Part shown: positions 1-9,030 of the stretch, piece after piece
Layout of the letters: the number at the start of each line of letters is the position of its first letter
Numbering within the stretch: position 1 is the first letter of the stretch
Assembly: GCA_001896555.1 (NCBI GenBank)
Contig: MPOS01000002.1
Location: 77,371-141,370, forward strand
Direction: 5' to 3'
Origin: Candidatus Phosphitivorax anaerolimi
GTDB lineage: Bacteria; Desulfobacterota; Desulfomonilia; UBA1062
DNA: 64,000 nt
The notes under the pieces: generated by a model
The model's input: only the letters and a program-made list of their open reading frames with translations
Databases searched by the model: none
What the model was told of the DNA's origin: nothing
Translations under genes and position numbers: made by a program

Positions 1-1
1 T

Positions 2-1348
2 CAGGGTAAAGATCGCGCCCGGGTTTGCCTGGGGTATCACCTCGATGTGCGATCCTATCTTGGCCATGGCGATACGGGCCTCTGTGAGCCCAAGACCGAT
101 CTTCATGGGGTCTGAGGATGTGAACGGGGCAAAGATGGTCTCGATATCGTCCTTCACGCCGGGTCCGTAATCACGCAGCGAAACATAGGCGAAACCATCA
201 CGGCGGGAGAGGGTGAGGAGGAACCTCTCCGACCCGGTTTCCACGGCATTGTCCAGGATGCGTGAGAATGCGGCCTGGACATGGCATGCATCGGTGAAGG
301 CCATGAGCTTCTCGTTGCCTTCGATGGCCACCTCGGGAGCGGCGGGATGGCGGGAAATCACCTCGGAGACCAGGAGGCGCAGGTTTTTCCGGGCATAGAC
401 GAGGCCCCTGTTCACCATATTCTCATACTGTTCGATCCTTACGATCATCTCCTCGATCCTCTGGATCGATGAGTGGATTCCGGAAAGTGCGGTGCCTATG
501 AGATCTGTCTTCAGGCCGTTTTCTTGCTTTTCGATCCTTTTTATGTATGCGCCGATCACGGTCAGCGGGTTTCTCAGTTCGTGGGAAAGCCCGTTGATCA
601 TGAGCGTGAGATCCTTTGCCTGCAGAGAAAGCCGGTGCTGCATGGAGCGGATATCGGTGATGTCTCTTCCGATGACCGAGAGCCCATAGATGCGTCCGTC
701 TTCGGACAAGGGCGTGCTCATGCATGAAAATATCCCGATTCTCCCCCCGGCCAGACGGAACCTCACCTCGACCTTGGAGGGAACGCCTTTGCGGAAACCC
801 CTTGCGACCATTTCATTGATCAGGTCCTTGTCTTCGTCCACCACATAATCTACGAGCGCCTGCCCGACGACATGCTTGGCGCCGCGAACCAGATATTTCT
901 GGACGGTCTCGTTGCAGAACATGACCTTGCCGGTGGGCCCCAGTGCGAAGATGAGGTCTGTGGCATTCCTGATGATGGCATTGTACCGTTTGCTGTCCCG
1001 CAGCATGGTCTTCTGCTTCTCCTGGATGGCGAGCTCTTTTTCGTTGAGTGACCGGATGAGCTTATCGCCGATGTCATAGGACTCGCGCATCTCGGTATAC
1101 AGGGTGATGATTGCCTGAATGACCATGGTATCGCGTGGAATCACCCCCACCACCTGTTCGGGCAAGGGCGTGGATATGGGGAGGTCTGACACGAGATAGA
1201 CCCGCTGGCCCCGAATTGCATCCCACTGAACACAACTCCTGTCATCGAGGAAGAGAAGGCTCTTCTCGGGAACACTCTCAAGGTTCTCTGTCTGCCTGAC
1301 CCCGGTTATCCCTGGGGGCACAGGACCTCCATACCAGAAAACATCCAT
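2..1348 (-). CDS. PAS-domain sensor histidine kinase (3' end runs off window start; start codon ATG at 1346-1348)
   Basis: Manual minus-strand translation of 1348->2 gives a continuous ORF with a PAS-like region, H-box (LSHELRNPLT) and HATPase_c motifs (DNAVETG...GLGL). It is absent from the ORF track because no stop lies in the window. Confidence 0.8.
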   Translation of the reverse strand, partial: MDVFWYGGPVPPGITGVRQTENLESVPEKSLLFLDDRSCVQWDAIRGQRVYLVSDLPISTPLPEQVVGVIPRDTMVIQAIITLYTEMRESYDIGDKLIRSLNEKELAIQEKQKTMLRDSKRYNAIIRNATDLIFALGPTGKVMFCNETVQKYLVRGAKHVVGQALVDYVVDEDKDLINEMVARGFRKGVPSKVEVRFRLAGGRIGIFSCMSTPLSEDGRIYGLSVIGRDITDIRSMQHRLSLQAKDLTLMINGLSHELRNPLTVIGAYIKRIEKQENGLKTDLIGTALSGIHSSIQRIEEMIVRIEQYENMVNRGLVYARKNLRLLVSEVISRHPAAPEVAIEGNEKLMAFTDACHVQAAFSRILDNAVETGSERFLLTLSRRDGFAYVSLRDYGPGVKDDIETIFAPFTSSDPMKIGLGLTEARIAMAKIGSHIEVIPQANPGAIFTL

Positions 1349-1476
1349 GGAGAATCACTCGGAATATTCGATAATATTCTTTATTTGCCTTCATCCTGCA
1401 AAGAAGAGACCCCCTCTTCTCCTTCCCCGTCCCTCACGTATTGATTTCGTGCGCGTTATCCGATAGGGGAAGACTC

Positions 1477-2634
1477 ATGAGAAACAAGATAACCGTCGGC
1501 ATTGCACTGGACAGCGGCGGGGCAATGGGCGGCGCACACATCGGGGTTCTCGAGGTTCTTCGAGAACACGACATTCCGATCGATATCATCATTGGCTCCA
1601 GCGCAGGTGCGGCTGTAGGGGCCATGTATGCGTGCGGCGCTTTGGATGCCTTCAAAGAGCTTATCTCGGATATTTCTTTCCTGGATGCCTTGAGCTTCTA
1701 TGCCGATCCTGTATTCCCGGTATCCGGCCTCTTTGCAGGGGAAAAGGCACGGAAATTCCTCCATTCCCTTCTCGGAGATACCTTGATCGAAGACCTCCCG
1801 ATCACCTTTGTGGCGGTGGCCACCGATCTCCTCACCGGAGAGACGGTTCCCCTGTCTCGCGGCTCCCTGGTCGATGCGGTTATGGCGAGCATCTCCATGC
1901 CCGGGATCTTCAAGCCTGCGGTGGTGGATGGAAGGCTCCTGGCTGACGGCGGGGTCTCGGACCCGCTTCCCCTCGATATTCTCGCCGGGCTCAACCCTGA
2001 TGTGACCATCGCGTGCAACCTGCATTCGAAGCTCCCCAATAAAATCCCGGCAAAACAGAAGCAGGCGATCGTGAACGCCCAGGAAGAATCATCGCGCGAC
2101 GATGAAGACCTTCCCTCCTGGTTCATCGACCGGGCGATCAGGACGCTCAGGAGCGAGTGGCTCTCCGCCAGGATGAAGTCAATCCGGGAAAAGCTGATGA
2201 ACACGGGTAGGGCTCAGGTCGAGGCCGTCCGTGACAATGAGCTCTTCGTGGCCCTGCAGGAACAGCTCATTCAGAGCAGAGACAGGATCTCATCACTGAT
2301 CGGCAGGGGCTTTGCGGAAAAGGATCAGACGGGCATGCTCAATATCTTCGAGGTCATGCTCAGCGCCACAAACATCCAGCAATATCAGAAAAACCGCCTG
2401 ATGCTTATGCACTTAAGGCCCGATATCCTCATCGAACCGGTGGTCGATGGGGTGCGTGCACTGGAGTTCAACAAAGGAGAGCATACCATCGAGCAGGGCA
2501 GAAGCAAGGCGCTTCAGGCCGTTCCCGAAATCAAGGCCCTGCTGGAGAGGAAATCGAACGCAACAGAGCAAAGGCATGAAAGAACCGGGCCGGTTCCGTC
2601 TCATGCTCCTGGCTCTGGAGACGGCGCATCCTAA
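1477..2634 (+). CDS. patatin-like phospholipase (RssA-like)
   Basis: GSSAG (GxSxG) nucleophile motif and an N-terminal glycine-rich oxyanion region (DSGGAMGGAH). ATG at 1477 follows a GGGGA Shine-Dalgarno; the track ORF begins at an upstream TTG (1441). Confidence 0.75.
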   Translation: MRNKITVGIALDSGGAMGGAHIGVLEVLREHDIPIDIIIGSSAGAAVGAMYACGALDAFKELISDISFLDALSFYADPVFPVSGLFAGEKARKFLHSLLGDTLIEDLPITFVAVATDLLTGETVPLSRGSLVDAVMASISMPGIFKPAVVDGRLLADGGVSDPLPLDILAGLNPDVTIACNLHSKLPNKIPAKQKQAIVNAQEESSRDDEDLPSWFIDRAIRTLRSEWLSARMKSIREKLMNTGRAQVEAVRDNELFVALQEQLIQSRDRISSLIGRGFAEKDQTGMLNIFEVMLSATNIQQYQKNRLMLMHLRPDILIEPVVDGVRALEFNKGEHTIEQGRSKALQAVPEIKALLERKSNATEQRHERTGPVPSHAPGSGDGAS

Positions 2635-2703
2635 AAGCGTGCCGCCACCCTAAAAAAGGAGCCTCATGTCATGCTGAACCGGTGTGCCGCCTCAAGACTC
2701 GAT

Positions 2704-3435
2704 CTATTTAACGATGAGAAGGTTTGCCTGCTTGAGTCTCTGGGCAAGGGAAGAGATGATCTTGTGGGCGACCTCGGGGTTTTCGCTGATGATCTTCTCC
2801 AGCCCGCCCTCGTGAACCGGAAGGACCTCGACCACGCTTCTGCCCAGGGAACGGATGGTTGCGCTCCTCGGCTCGTTGAGGATGAAACTCATCTCGCCGA
2901 AGTACTCGCCCGGTTTCGTGATCATGGCGATGCGCACGCCTTTTTTGAGAACCTCGAGCCCCTGCTCCGTCTGGTAGAGCTTGAATATCTCGGTACCGTC
3001 CGTGCCCTCTTCGATGATGGTCTCACCGTCGGCGAACTCACGGACATCGAGGTTGATGGTCTCGCTGTAGGGGATATTTGACTCTGCCACCGAGGTAGTC
3101 TGTTCGAGCTGCAGGTATGCCGAGCGCAGGATCATGCTCACCAGACCGGGCTTGCTGAATGCGATGTCTTCAATTGCGTCGGATTCATAGGCGGCCACGC
3201 GCGAGGGTTTCATAGCCTTTGCCGTGGTGCTGTAGGGAATCCCCCGATAGTAGTTCTCGAGGCCGAACACGTCGCGGTCGGAGAGGATGCGGATGGGTTT
3301 GTCCATCTGGTAGATCTGGACTTCTCCCTGGAGGATCGCATAGAAGAATTCGTTGGTGTCCCCTTCCCGTACGATCAGCTCTCCGGGACGATACTCCTTA
3401 ACCGACACCGCCTCGATGGTCTTGGGTTCCAGCAT
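2704..3435 (-). CDS. tandem cyclic-nucleotide-binding (cNMP/CAP-effector) domain protein without an HTH
   Basis: Two cNMP-binding domain signatures (FGE..., RSATIRS) in a 243-aa ORF with no DNA-binding domain. Confidence 0.7.
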   Translation of the reverse strand: MLEPKTIEAVSVKEYRPGELIVREGDTNEFFYAILQGEVQIYQMDKPIRILSDRDVFGLENYYRGIPYSTTAKAMKPSRVAAYESDAIEDIAFSKPGLVSMILRSAYLQLEQTTSVAESNIPYSETINLDVREFADGETIIEEGTDGTEIFKLYQTEQGLEVLKKGVRIAMITKPGEYFGEMSFILNEPRSATIRSLGRSVVEVLPVHEGGLEKIISENPEVAHKIISSLAQRLKQANLLIVK

Positions 3436-3474
3436 ACTTGCCGTTTCGGCACCAGATACGAGAAACTTTACCCT

Positions 3475-4491
3475 CTATCTCATTGCCAAAGGCCATACCC
3501 TGCCGTGTATTCTGATGAAATTCTCCAGCTCGGGAAACGGCTGCGGTTCGATGGAGGGAGTGTCGGTTCCCTTGAGGACATCCATCACCCGTGACACGGA
3601 CTCCTTCAATGCACCGAGATGGTAACCGCCTTCGAGCGAGTACACGACCGGTGCGTCTGTGTTCCGGGCAGCTTCCTGTATGATGGCTGCGATTGCGGCA
3701 AACCCATCTGAGCTGAGCCGCATCCCGCCGATGGGGTCCATTGCATGGGCGTCGAAACCGGCTGACACCAGAACCAGCCCGGGTTCGAAATCCTCGATGA
3801 TCGGCTGGAGAATGTGGCGGTATACGGCCAGGAAGTGCCCGTCACCCTTTCCTCCGTCCAGGGGGCAGTTCACGGTATATCCTGTACCCTCCCCTGTTCC
3901 GGTCTCGGACAAGGCCCCGGTCCCCGGATAGAAGGGGTACTGGTGCGTTGAGAAATACAGCACCCGGTTGTCGGCATAGAAGCTCTCCTGGGTGCCGTTC
4001 CCGTGATGGACGTCAAAGTCGACGATCGCCACCCGTTCGACCCCGAACGATCTGATGGCCTTGGATGCGGCGATCGCCACGTTGTTGAACAGGCAGAAGC
4101 CCATGGCGCGGTCTTTCCTCGCATGGTGCCCCGGCGGCCTCACACATGCAAACCCTACGTCGATTTCGCGATCGAGTGCCATCCTGCACAGGCTGATCAG
4201 CGAACCCACGGCGAGGAGGGAAACCTCGTACGATTCGGGACAGCACACGGTGTCGGGATCGAGATTCACCATCGACCCCCTCTCCGCAGTGCGGGCTATG
4301 GACTCGATGTACGTCCTGCCGTGGTTGAGCACGATGTCATCAACCGGCGAGGCAACCGGCTGGACGAGCATGATCCCGGGATCTTCCCCGGCGAACAGGG
4401 TATGGAGGTAATGAGTTCTCAGAGGACTCTCGGGATGGTACCCGCCGGTTTCGTGATCCATGAACCTCAGGTCTGACACCACACCGATCAT
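3475..4491 (-). CDS. histone deacetylase-family Zn amidohydrolase (AcuC/acetylpolyamine aminohydrolase-like)
   Basis: HDAC motifs RPPGHHA and DFDVHHGNGTQ. Strong SD (AGGGGGAA) precedes the ATG at 4491. Confidence 0.85.
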   Translation of the reverse strand: MIGVVSDLRFMDHETGGYHPESPLRTHYLHTLFAGEDPGIMLVQPVASPVDDIVLNHGRTYIESIARTAERGSMVNLDPDTVCCPESYEVSLLAVGSLISLCRMALDREIDVGFACVRPPGHHARKDRAMGFCLFNNVAIAASKAIRSFGVERVAIVDFDVHHGNGTQESFYADNRVLYFSTHQYPFYPGTGALSETGTGEGTGYTVNCPLDGGKGDGHFLAVYRHILQPIIEDFEPGLVLVSAGFDAHAMDPIGGMRLSSDGFAAIAAIIQEAARNTDAPVVYSLEGGYHLGALKESVSRVMDVLKGTDTPSIEPQPFPELENFIRIHGRVWPLAMR

Positions 4492-5146
4492 TGTTTCCCC
4501 CCTTTCAGCTATACATAGAGATCCAGGGCATGTGGGGCATCATCCTTCTGGGCCGGATAAACGCCCCCTCGCGCGGGGCCCGGAGAAGCCTCGCGCATTC
4601 TCCCGAAGAAGATCTCGTGAATCACCGAGGCGTTTGAAACCAGGGGGTCTGCTCCCAAGGTCGTGACCTGCGCCGGAGGGGTATATTCGATCCTCCGCAC
4701 AGGTGGTTCACGCCTCTCTACCTCGCCATGGAACCGTGGAAGTGCTGTGGCCTTCGTGTTGGATGTGGAGTCTCTGCCGGAATCCCCCTCAATGGTGACA
4801 TACCTGAACCTGCAGAAAGGGAGATCAACTGCAATCCCTTTAACATTCGGGATATGAGCAAAGGGATTCCCATTATGCATCTTTTTCTTGGTACGCCAAT
4901 CCGTGCCTTTTGACAAGCGTAATCTCCATGCGGGCCTCCCCCCATGCCTTTCTTCGATCCCCGTGAAGGGGTATGGGCTTTTTAGGAGGCAGATCTTTTT
5001 GCCCGTTTCCGCCGCAAAGGGCTTTTAGGTTGTGATCCTCGCTCCCAGCCCTTGAGAAGCGGACCGATGCGGATGATTCACTTGAGAACACCTGAAAGCG
5101 AAATAGTATGTATCAATATAATATAGTGTGAAGGAGGTTCAGTACC

Positions 5147-5884
5147 ATGAGGAGGATTTGCTTAGAAGGTTTGATCGTTCTTTTTGTGGTTGTTCTTCCA
5201 GGGTATCTCGCTGCGCAGGATATCATGGCCCAGGCCGATGCACTCTATGAGCAGGGCGGTCTCGACAATCTCCTGAAGTCGGCCGAGCTCTATGCACAGG
5301 CCTCTGAAGCGGACCCCACCAGTTACGAAGCCGCATGGAAGGCCTCCCGGGCCTATCGGGAATACTGCAACCAGGCAAAAGAGAGCAACGCTGAAGGCTG
5401 GGAGGATATCTGCAAGCAGTATGGAAAGATGGGCATGATGTACGGCGAGAAGGCCATCGCCCTCAACCCGGACAGGGTGGAGGGCCATTTCTGGTACGGA
5501 TGCTCCGTAGGAAATTACTCGGACGGGGTGAGCGTTCTCACGGCACTTCGGGAAGGGCTCAAGGACAAGACCCAGTCGAGCTTTGAGAAATCCTACGAGA
5601 TCGACAAGACCTATACGACCGGCGGCCCCATCAAGGCTCTTGGCCGCTTCTGGTACGTGCTGCCCTGGCCTTTGAGAGACAATGAGAAGGCCCTCTCGTA
5701 CCTGAAAGAATACAATCAGGCCTACCCGGACGATACCGAAGGCCAGGTCTTCCTCGCCGAGGCACTCATCGACGCCGGAGGAGAAGAAAATATTACACAG
5801 GCAAAGGCGCTTCTGGAAAAGGCCTCTGTCTGTGATGAGAAGTACTTCAGCGATTGGGCGAAGCGGCTCATGGCAGACCTCTGA
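5147..5884 (+). CDS. secreted hypothetical protein with TPR-like helical repeats
   Basis: N-terminal signal peptide (LIVLFVVVLPGYLAAQD). Perfect SD AAGGAGG lies upstream. Helical repeat composition; no recognisable catalytic motif. Confidence 0.5.
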   Translation: MRRICLEGLIVLFVVVLPGYLAAQDIMAQADALYEQGGLDNLLKSAELYAQASEADPTSYEAAWKASRAYREYCNQAKESNAEGWEDICKQYGKMGMMYGEKAIALNPDRVEGHFWYGCSVGNYSDGVSVLTALREGLKDKTQSSFEKSYEIDKTYTTGGPIKALGRFWYVLPWPLRDNEKALSYLKEYNQAYPDDTEGQVFLAEALIDAGGEENITQAKALLEKASVCDEKYFSDWAKRLMADL

Positions 5885-5898
5885 TCGTATCACCGGCC

Positions 5899-5930
5899 AT
5901 CGGGCATTCCGGTATCCGGGAATGCCCGAT
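5899..5930. terminator. near-perfect 14-bp stem hairpin between convergent genes (TPR gene and PilZ gene)
   Basis: ATCGGGCATTCCGG-TAT-CCGGGAATGCCCGAT starts about 15 nt after the stop of the 5147..5884 CDS. It has no clear U-tract. Confidence 0.4.
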
Positions 5931-6092
5931 ATCCGGTGCAATTCAAGGCTGATTTCTTTCTTGTGTGCGGCAAAGAGAGGACACATCCCTCACAAGAGGG
6001 GACTGCTCTGATTATTTGAAACCTTCGGTAGCGGGTACGTTCTCAAGGGTGGTTGCCGGCCGGGTGAGAAACGGTATGGGGGAAAGACCGGC

Positions 6093-6464
6093 TCAGTCGC
6101 CCTGAGCGGATCGGCTCAACGCCAGCAAAGAGGCCTGATCGAGTTTCCGCAGGCTGCTCAGGAGAAGCCTGACATCACGGTTGTTCTGATCATCGAATTC
6201 TATGGCCATCCCCTTGTTCCACTCGACCCTCACCACCTTGCCCGAAACATCGATCACCTTGCCGAGGTCATGGGCGTCGAGCGCAGCGTGAATACTCTCA
6301 CCCTTCTCCAGGGGATGCTGGGTTTCGATGAATACCCCTCCAAGGCTCAAGTTCCTCACGGTCCCCTTCAGGACCCTGCCGTGCGAGTCCTGGTAACGTG
6401 CTTCGATCCTGAGCAGTTTCCTGGAATGTCTTCGCTTGTCCTTCTTCACATCCACTCCATACAT
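6093..6464 (-). CDS. PilZ-domain protein (putative c-di-GMP receptor)
   Basis: RxxxR (RRHSRK) and DxSxxG-like (NLSLGGVF) PilZ motifs; 123 aa, single domain. Confidence 0.7.
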   Translation of the reverse strand: MYGVDVKKDKRRHSRKLLRIEARYQDSHGRVLKGTVRNLSLGGVFIETQHPLEKGESIHAALDAHDLGKVIDVSGKVVRVEWNKGMAIEFDDQNNRDVRLLLSSLRKLDQASLLALSRSAQGD

Positions 6465-6688
6465 TTCATATGATAGTATTATTCGACAAAGCTGCTTTAT
6501 TTCTTAATACTTCCCCTCAAAAAGAAACTGCTTTGGGGGTGAGGGAAACCGGATGTGCTATCCGGCACGAAAAAAGATAAACTGTTTTCCCCAGGGAAAA
6601 AGCTATGGTAGATAGGTCTGGTCATGTTCCTCCATGGACTAAAGGCCATGATACGACCAACGCGAAAGAGAGGTAAGACAAAGGGGTC

Positions 6689-7909
6689 ATGATCAGAATC
6701 AACGAGAACTACCTGAATCTCAAGGCATCGTACCTTTTCTCCGGGATCGCCAAGAGGGTCGCCTCGTTCCAGGAAAAAAACCCTGGGGTGAAGGTGATCA
6801 AGCTCGGCATCGGAGATGTCACCCGGCCGCTGCCCGGAGCATGTATCCGTGCCCTGCACGAGGCGGTGGACGAGATGTCCAAACAAGAAACCTTCCATGG
6901 ATACGGGCCCGAGCAGGGCTATGCATTCCTGCGTGAGGCGATCGCGGAAAACGACTTCGGATCGCGGGGTGCAGACATATCTCCAGACGAGATATTCATA
7001 AGCGATGGCGCTAAATGCGACACCGCGAACATCCAGGAAATCTTTGCCCGTGATATCAGGGTGGCCATCCCCGACCCGGTCTATCCGGTCTACCTGGACA
7101 CCAATATCATGGCCGGCAGGGCCGGGAATCCGTCAAACGGCCGGTACGGCAACATCGTGTATCTGGAGAGCACCGCCGGCAACGGCTTTGTCCCTGATCT
7201 ACCCCGTGAGAAGGTGGATCTGATCTATCTCTGTTTCCCCAACAACCCGACCGGGGCGACCATCACCCGGGACCTCCTCGCCGGCTGGGTGAACTACGCC
7301 CGTGAAAACCGGGCGCTCATCCTGTACGACGCCGCATACGAGGCCTTTATCCGCGACGACAACCTTCCCCGCTCCATCTACGAGATACCTGGTGCGCGGG
7401 AAGTCGCTATCGAGTTCAGGAGCTTCTCCAAGACCGCCGGGTTCACCGGCCTGAGGTGCGCATTCACCGTTGTCCCCAAAGACTGCGTAGCATACGACGC
7501 ATCAGGCGGCGCTCACCTGCTCCACGGATTGTGGAACAGGCGCCAGAGCACCAAGTTCAACGGCGTTTCCTATCCGGTACAGAGGGCGGCTGCAGCAGTC
7601 TATACCGATGAAGGCAGAGCACAGGTCAGATCTCTCATAGACTACTATCTGAACAATGCCGGGCACATCCGCGAGAAAATGGCCGGATTCGGCTATTCGT
7701 GCGTGGGCGGGGACAACTCGCCCTATATCTGGGTTGACGCAAAGACCGATTCCTGGGAATTCTTCGACCTGCTCCTGGAAAAGGCCGGTGTTGTCTGTAC
7801 CCCGGGCGCAGGCTTCGGACAGTGCGGCCAGGGTTACGTGAGGATCAGCGCATTCAACGACTTCGAACAGGTCGTCGAGGCCATGGAAAGGATCGGCGGA
7901 ATCATATAG
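6689..7909 (+). CDS. dapL: LL-diaminopimelate aminotransferase
   Basis: N-terminus [21 protein letters not shown] is characteristic of DapL. Aminotransferase class I fold length (406 aa); sits immediately upstream of dapF. Confidence 0.85.
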   Translation: MIRINENYLNLKASYLFSGIAKRVASFQEKNPGVKVIKLGIGDVTRPLPGACIRALHEAVDEMSKQETFHGYGPEQGYAFLREAIAENDFGSRGADISPDEIFISDGAKCDTANIQEIFARDIRVAIPDPVYPVYLDTNIMAGRAGNPSNGRYGNIVYLESTAGNGFVPDLPREKVDLIYLCFPNNPTGATITRDLLAGWVNYARENRALILYDAAYEAFIRDDNLPRSIYEIPGAREVAIEFRSFSKTAGFTGLRCAFTVVPKDCVAYDASGGAHLLHGLWNRRQSTKFNGVSYPVQRAAAAVYTDEGRAQVRSLIDYYLNNAGHIREKMAGFGYSCVGGDNSPYIWVDAKTDSWEFFDLLLEKAGVVCTPGAGFGQCGQGYVRISAFNDFEQVVEAMERIGGII

Positions 7910-8116
7910 GAGAGAAGCACTGTCCAGGAGGGCGGAGTGGGCCGGCCGGTGCGGCCGTTTCCATGCCTAAGCATCGGTAATAACGGCTCGATACCGCCTT
8001 CCAATGTCCTTGACTTGATACGATGAGTCTGTTAATGCATGCACACTCCTGAAAAGTGTTTGCAGGTTTTTTGTATGAACCCTTTTTGCTGCGCATGAGA
8101 AAAGGCTCATAAAACG

Positions 8117-8938
8117 ATGAGGACGCCCCACACCATGGAGTTTACCAAAATGTCCGGCACCGGCAATGACTTTATCGTCATTGACTCGTTTCACCAGACT
8201 ATCGATATCGACTATGCCCAGTTCGCTCGGAAGTACTGCGCCCGCAAGGTGAGCGTGGGGGCCGACGGGGTCCTGGTGCTCGGCCCAGGTGACGGCGCCG
8301 TGGACTTCACCTACCGCATCTTCAATGCGGACGGCACCGAGGCCGAGATGTGCGGCAACGGGGCGCGGTGTGCAGCCGCTTTTGCGGTGGAGCGTTCCAT
8401 CGCAGGCAGGCACATGCGTTTCAAAACCCTGGCCGGAATCGTGGAGGCGCGGGTGAACCCAGAGGATGTCTCCATCCGGATGACCGAGCCTCACGGGCTG
8501 CGCAAGGATATCGCTATCACCGCGGAGGGCCGTGAGGCCGTGGTGCATCACATCAACACCGGTGTTCCTCACGCCATATGGTTCACCAGCGAGCTTGACA
8601 ACTTCCCGGTGGACGCGGTGGGAAGGGCTGTACGCACCCACCCCTTTTTCTCGCCTTCAGGCACCAATGTCGATTTTGTTCAGGTGATGGAATCCGGCGG
8701 CATCCGGGTCCGCACCTATGAGCGAGGCGTGGAGGCGGAAACGCTTGCCTGCGGCACCGGCGCCGTCGCCTCGGCCATCGTGAGCCACGCAACCGGCAGG
8801 GTCGCTGCCTCGCCTGTTCGCGTGAGCATGCCGGGAGGAGTCCTGACCATAGATTTCACCTGTATGGATGGAGATTACTCGGATGTATGGCTTACCGGTG
8901 AGGTATCCTTTGTCTATACCGGCACCCTCGTGCTTTGA
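8117..8938 (+). CDS. dapF: diaminopimelate epimerase
   Basis: MEFTKMSGTGNDFIVID N-terminal signature and a second Cys motif region. The true start may be the internal ATG at 8138. Confidence 0.9.
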   Translation: MRTPHTMEFTKMSGTGNDFIVIDSFHQTIDIDYAQFARKYCARKVSVGADGVLVLGPGDGAVDFTYRIFNADGTEAEMCGNGARCAAAFAVERSIAGRHMRFKTLAGIVEARVNPEDVSIRMTEPHGLRKDIAITAEGREAVVHHINTGVPHAIWFTSELDNFPVDAVGRAVRTHPFFSPSGTNVDFVQVMESGGIRVRTYERGVEAETLACGTGAVASAIVSHATGRVAASPVRVSMPGGVLTIDFTCMDGDYSDVWLTGEVSFVYTGTLVL

Positions 8939-9030
8939 TATGGTTCTCACCGGACCGGCACCATTTTCGGGCGAGCGTTTGCCCGCCGCGCCGCCATTTT
9001 CCGCATATGCCGCGTTCAAGGAGCATCATG

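Noticed and set aside
4509-4916. 135-aa minus-strand ORF in the HDAC/TPR intergenic region
   Set aside because: No start-proximal SD, Arg/Pro-rich low-complexity translation and no recognisable domain; likely non-coding.
4492-5146. RNase P RNA / SRP RNA / tmRNA in the long intergenic region
   Set aside because: Both strands were checked by eye for hallmark conserved stretches (GGAAAGUCCGGGCUCC, AGGUCAGGUCCGGAAGGAAGCAGC, tmRNA tag reading frame/CCA-proximal T-arm). None was found, though other ncRNA classes cannot be excluded without a covariance-model scan.
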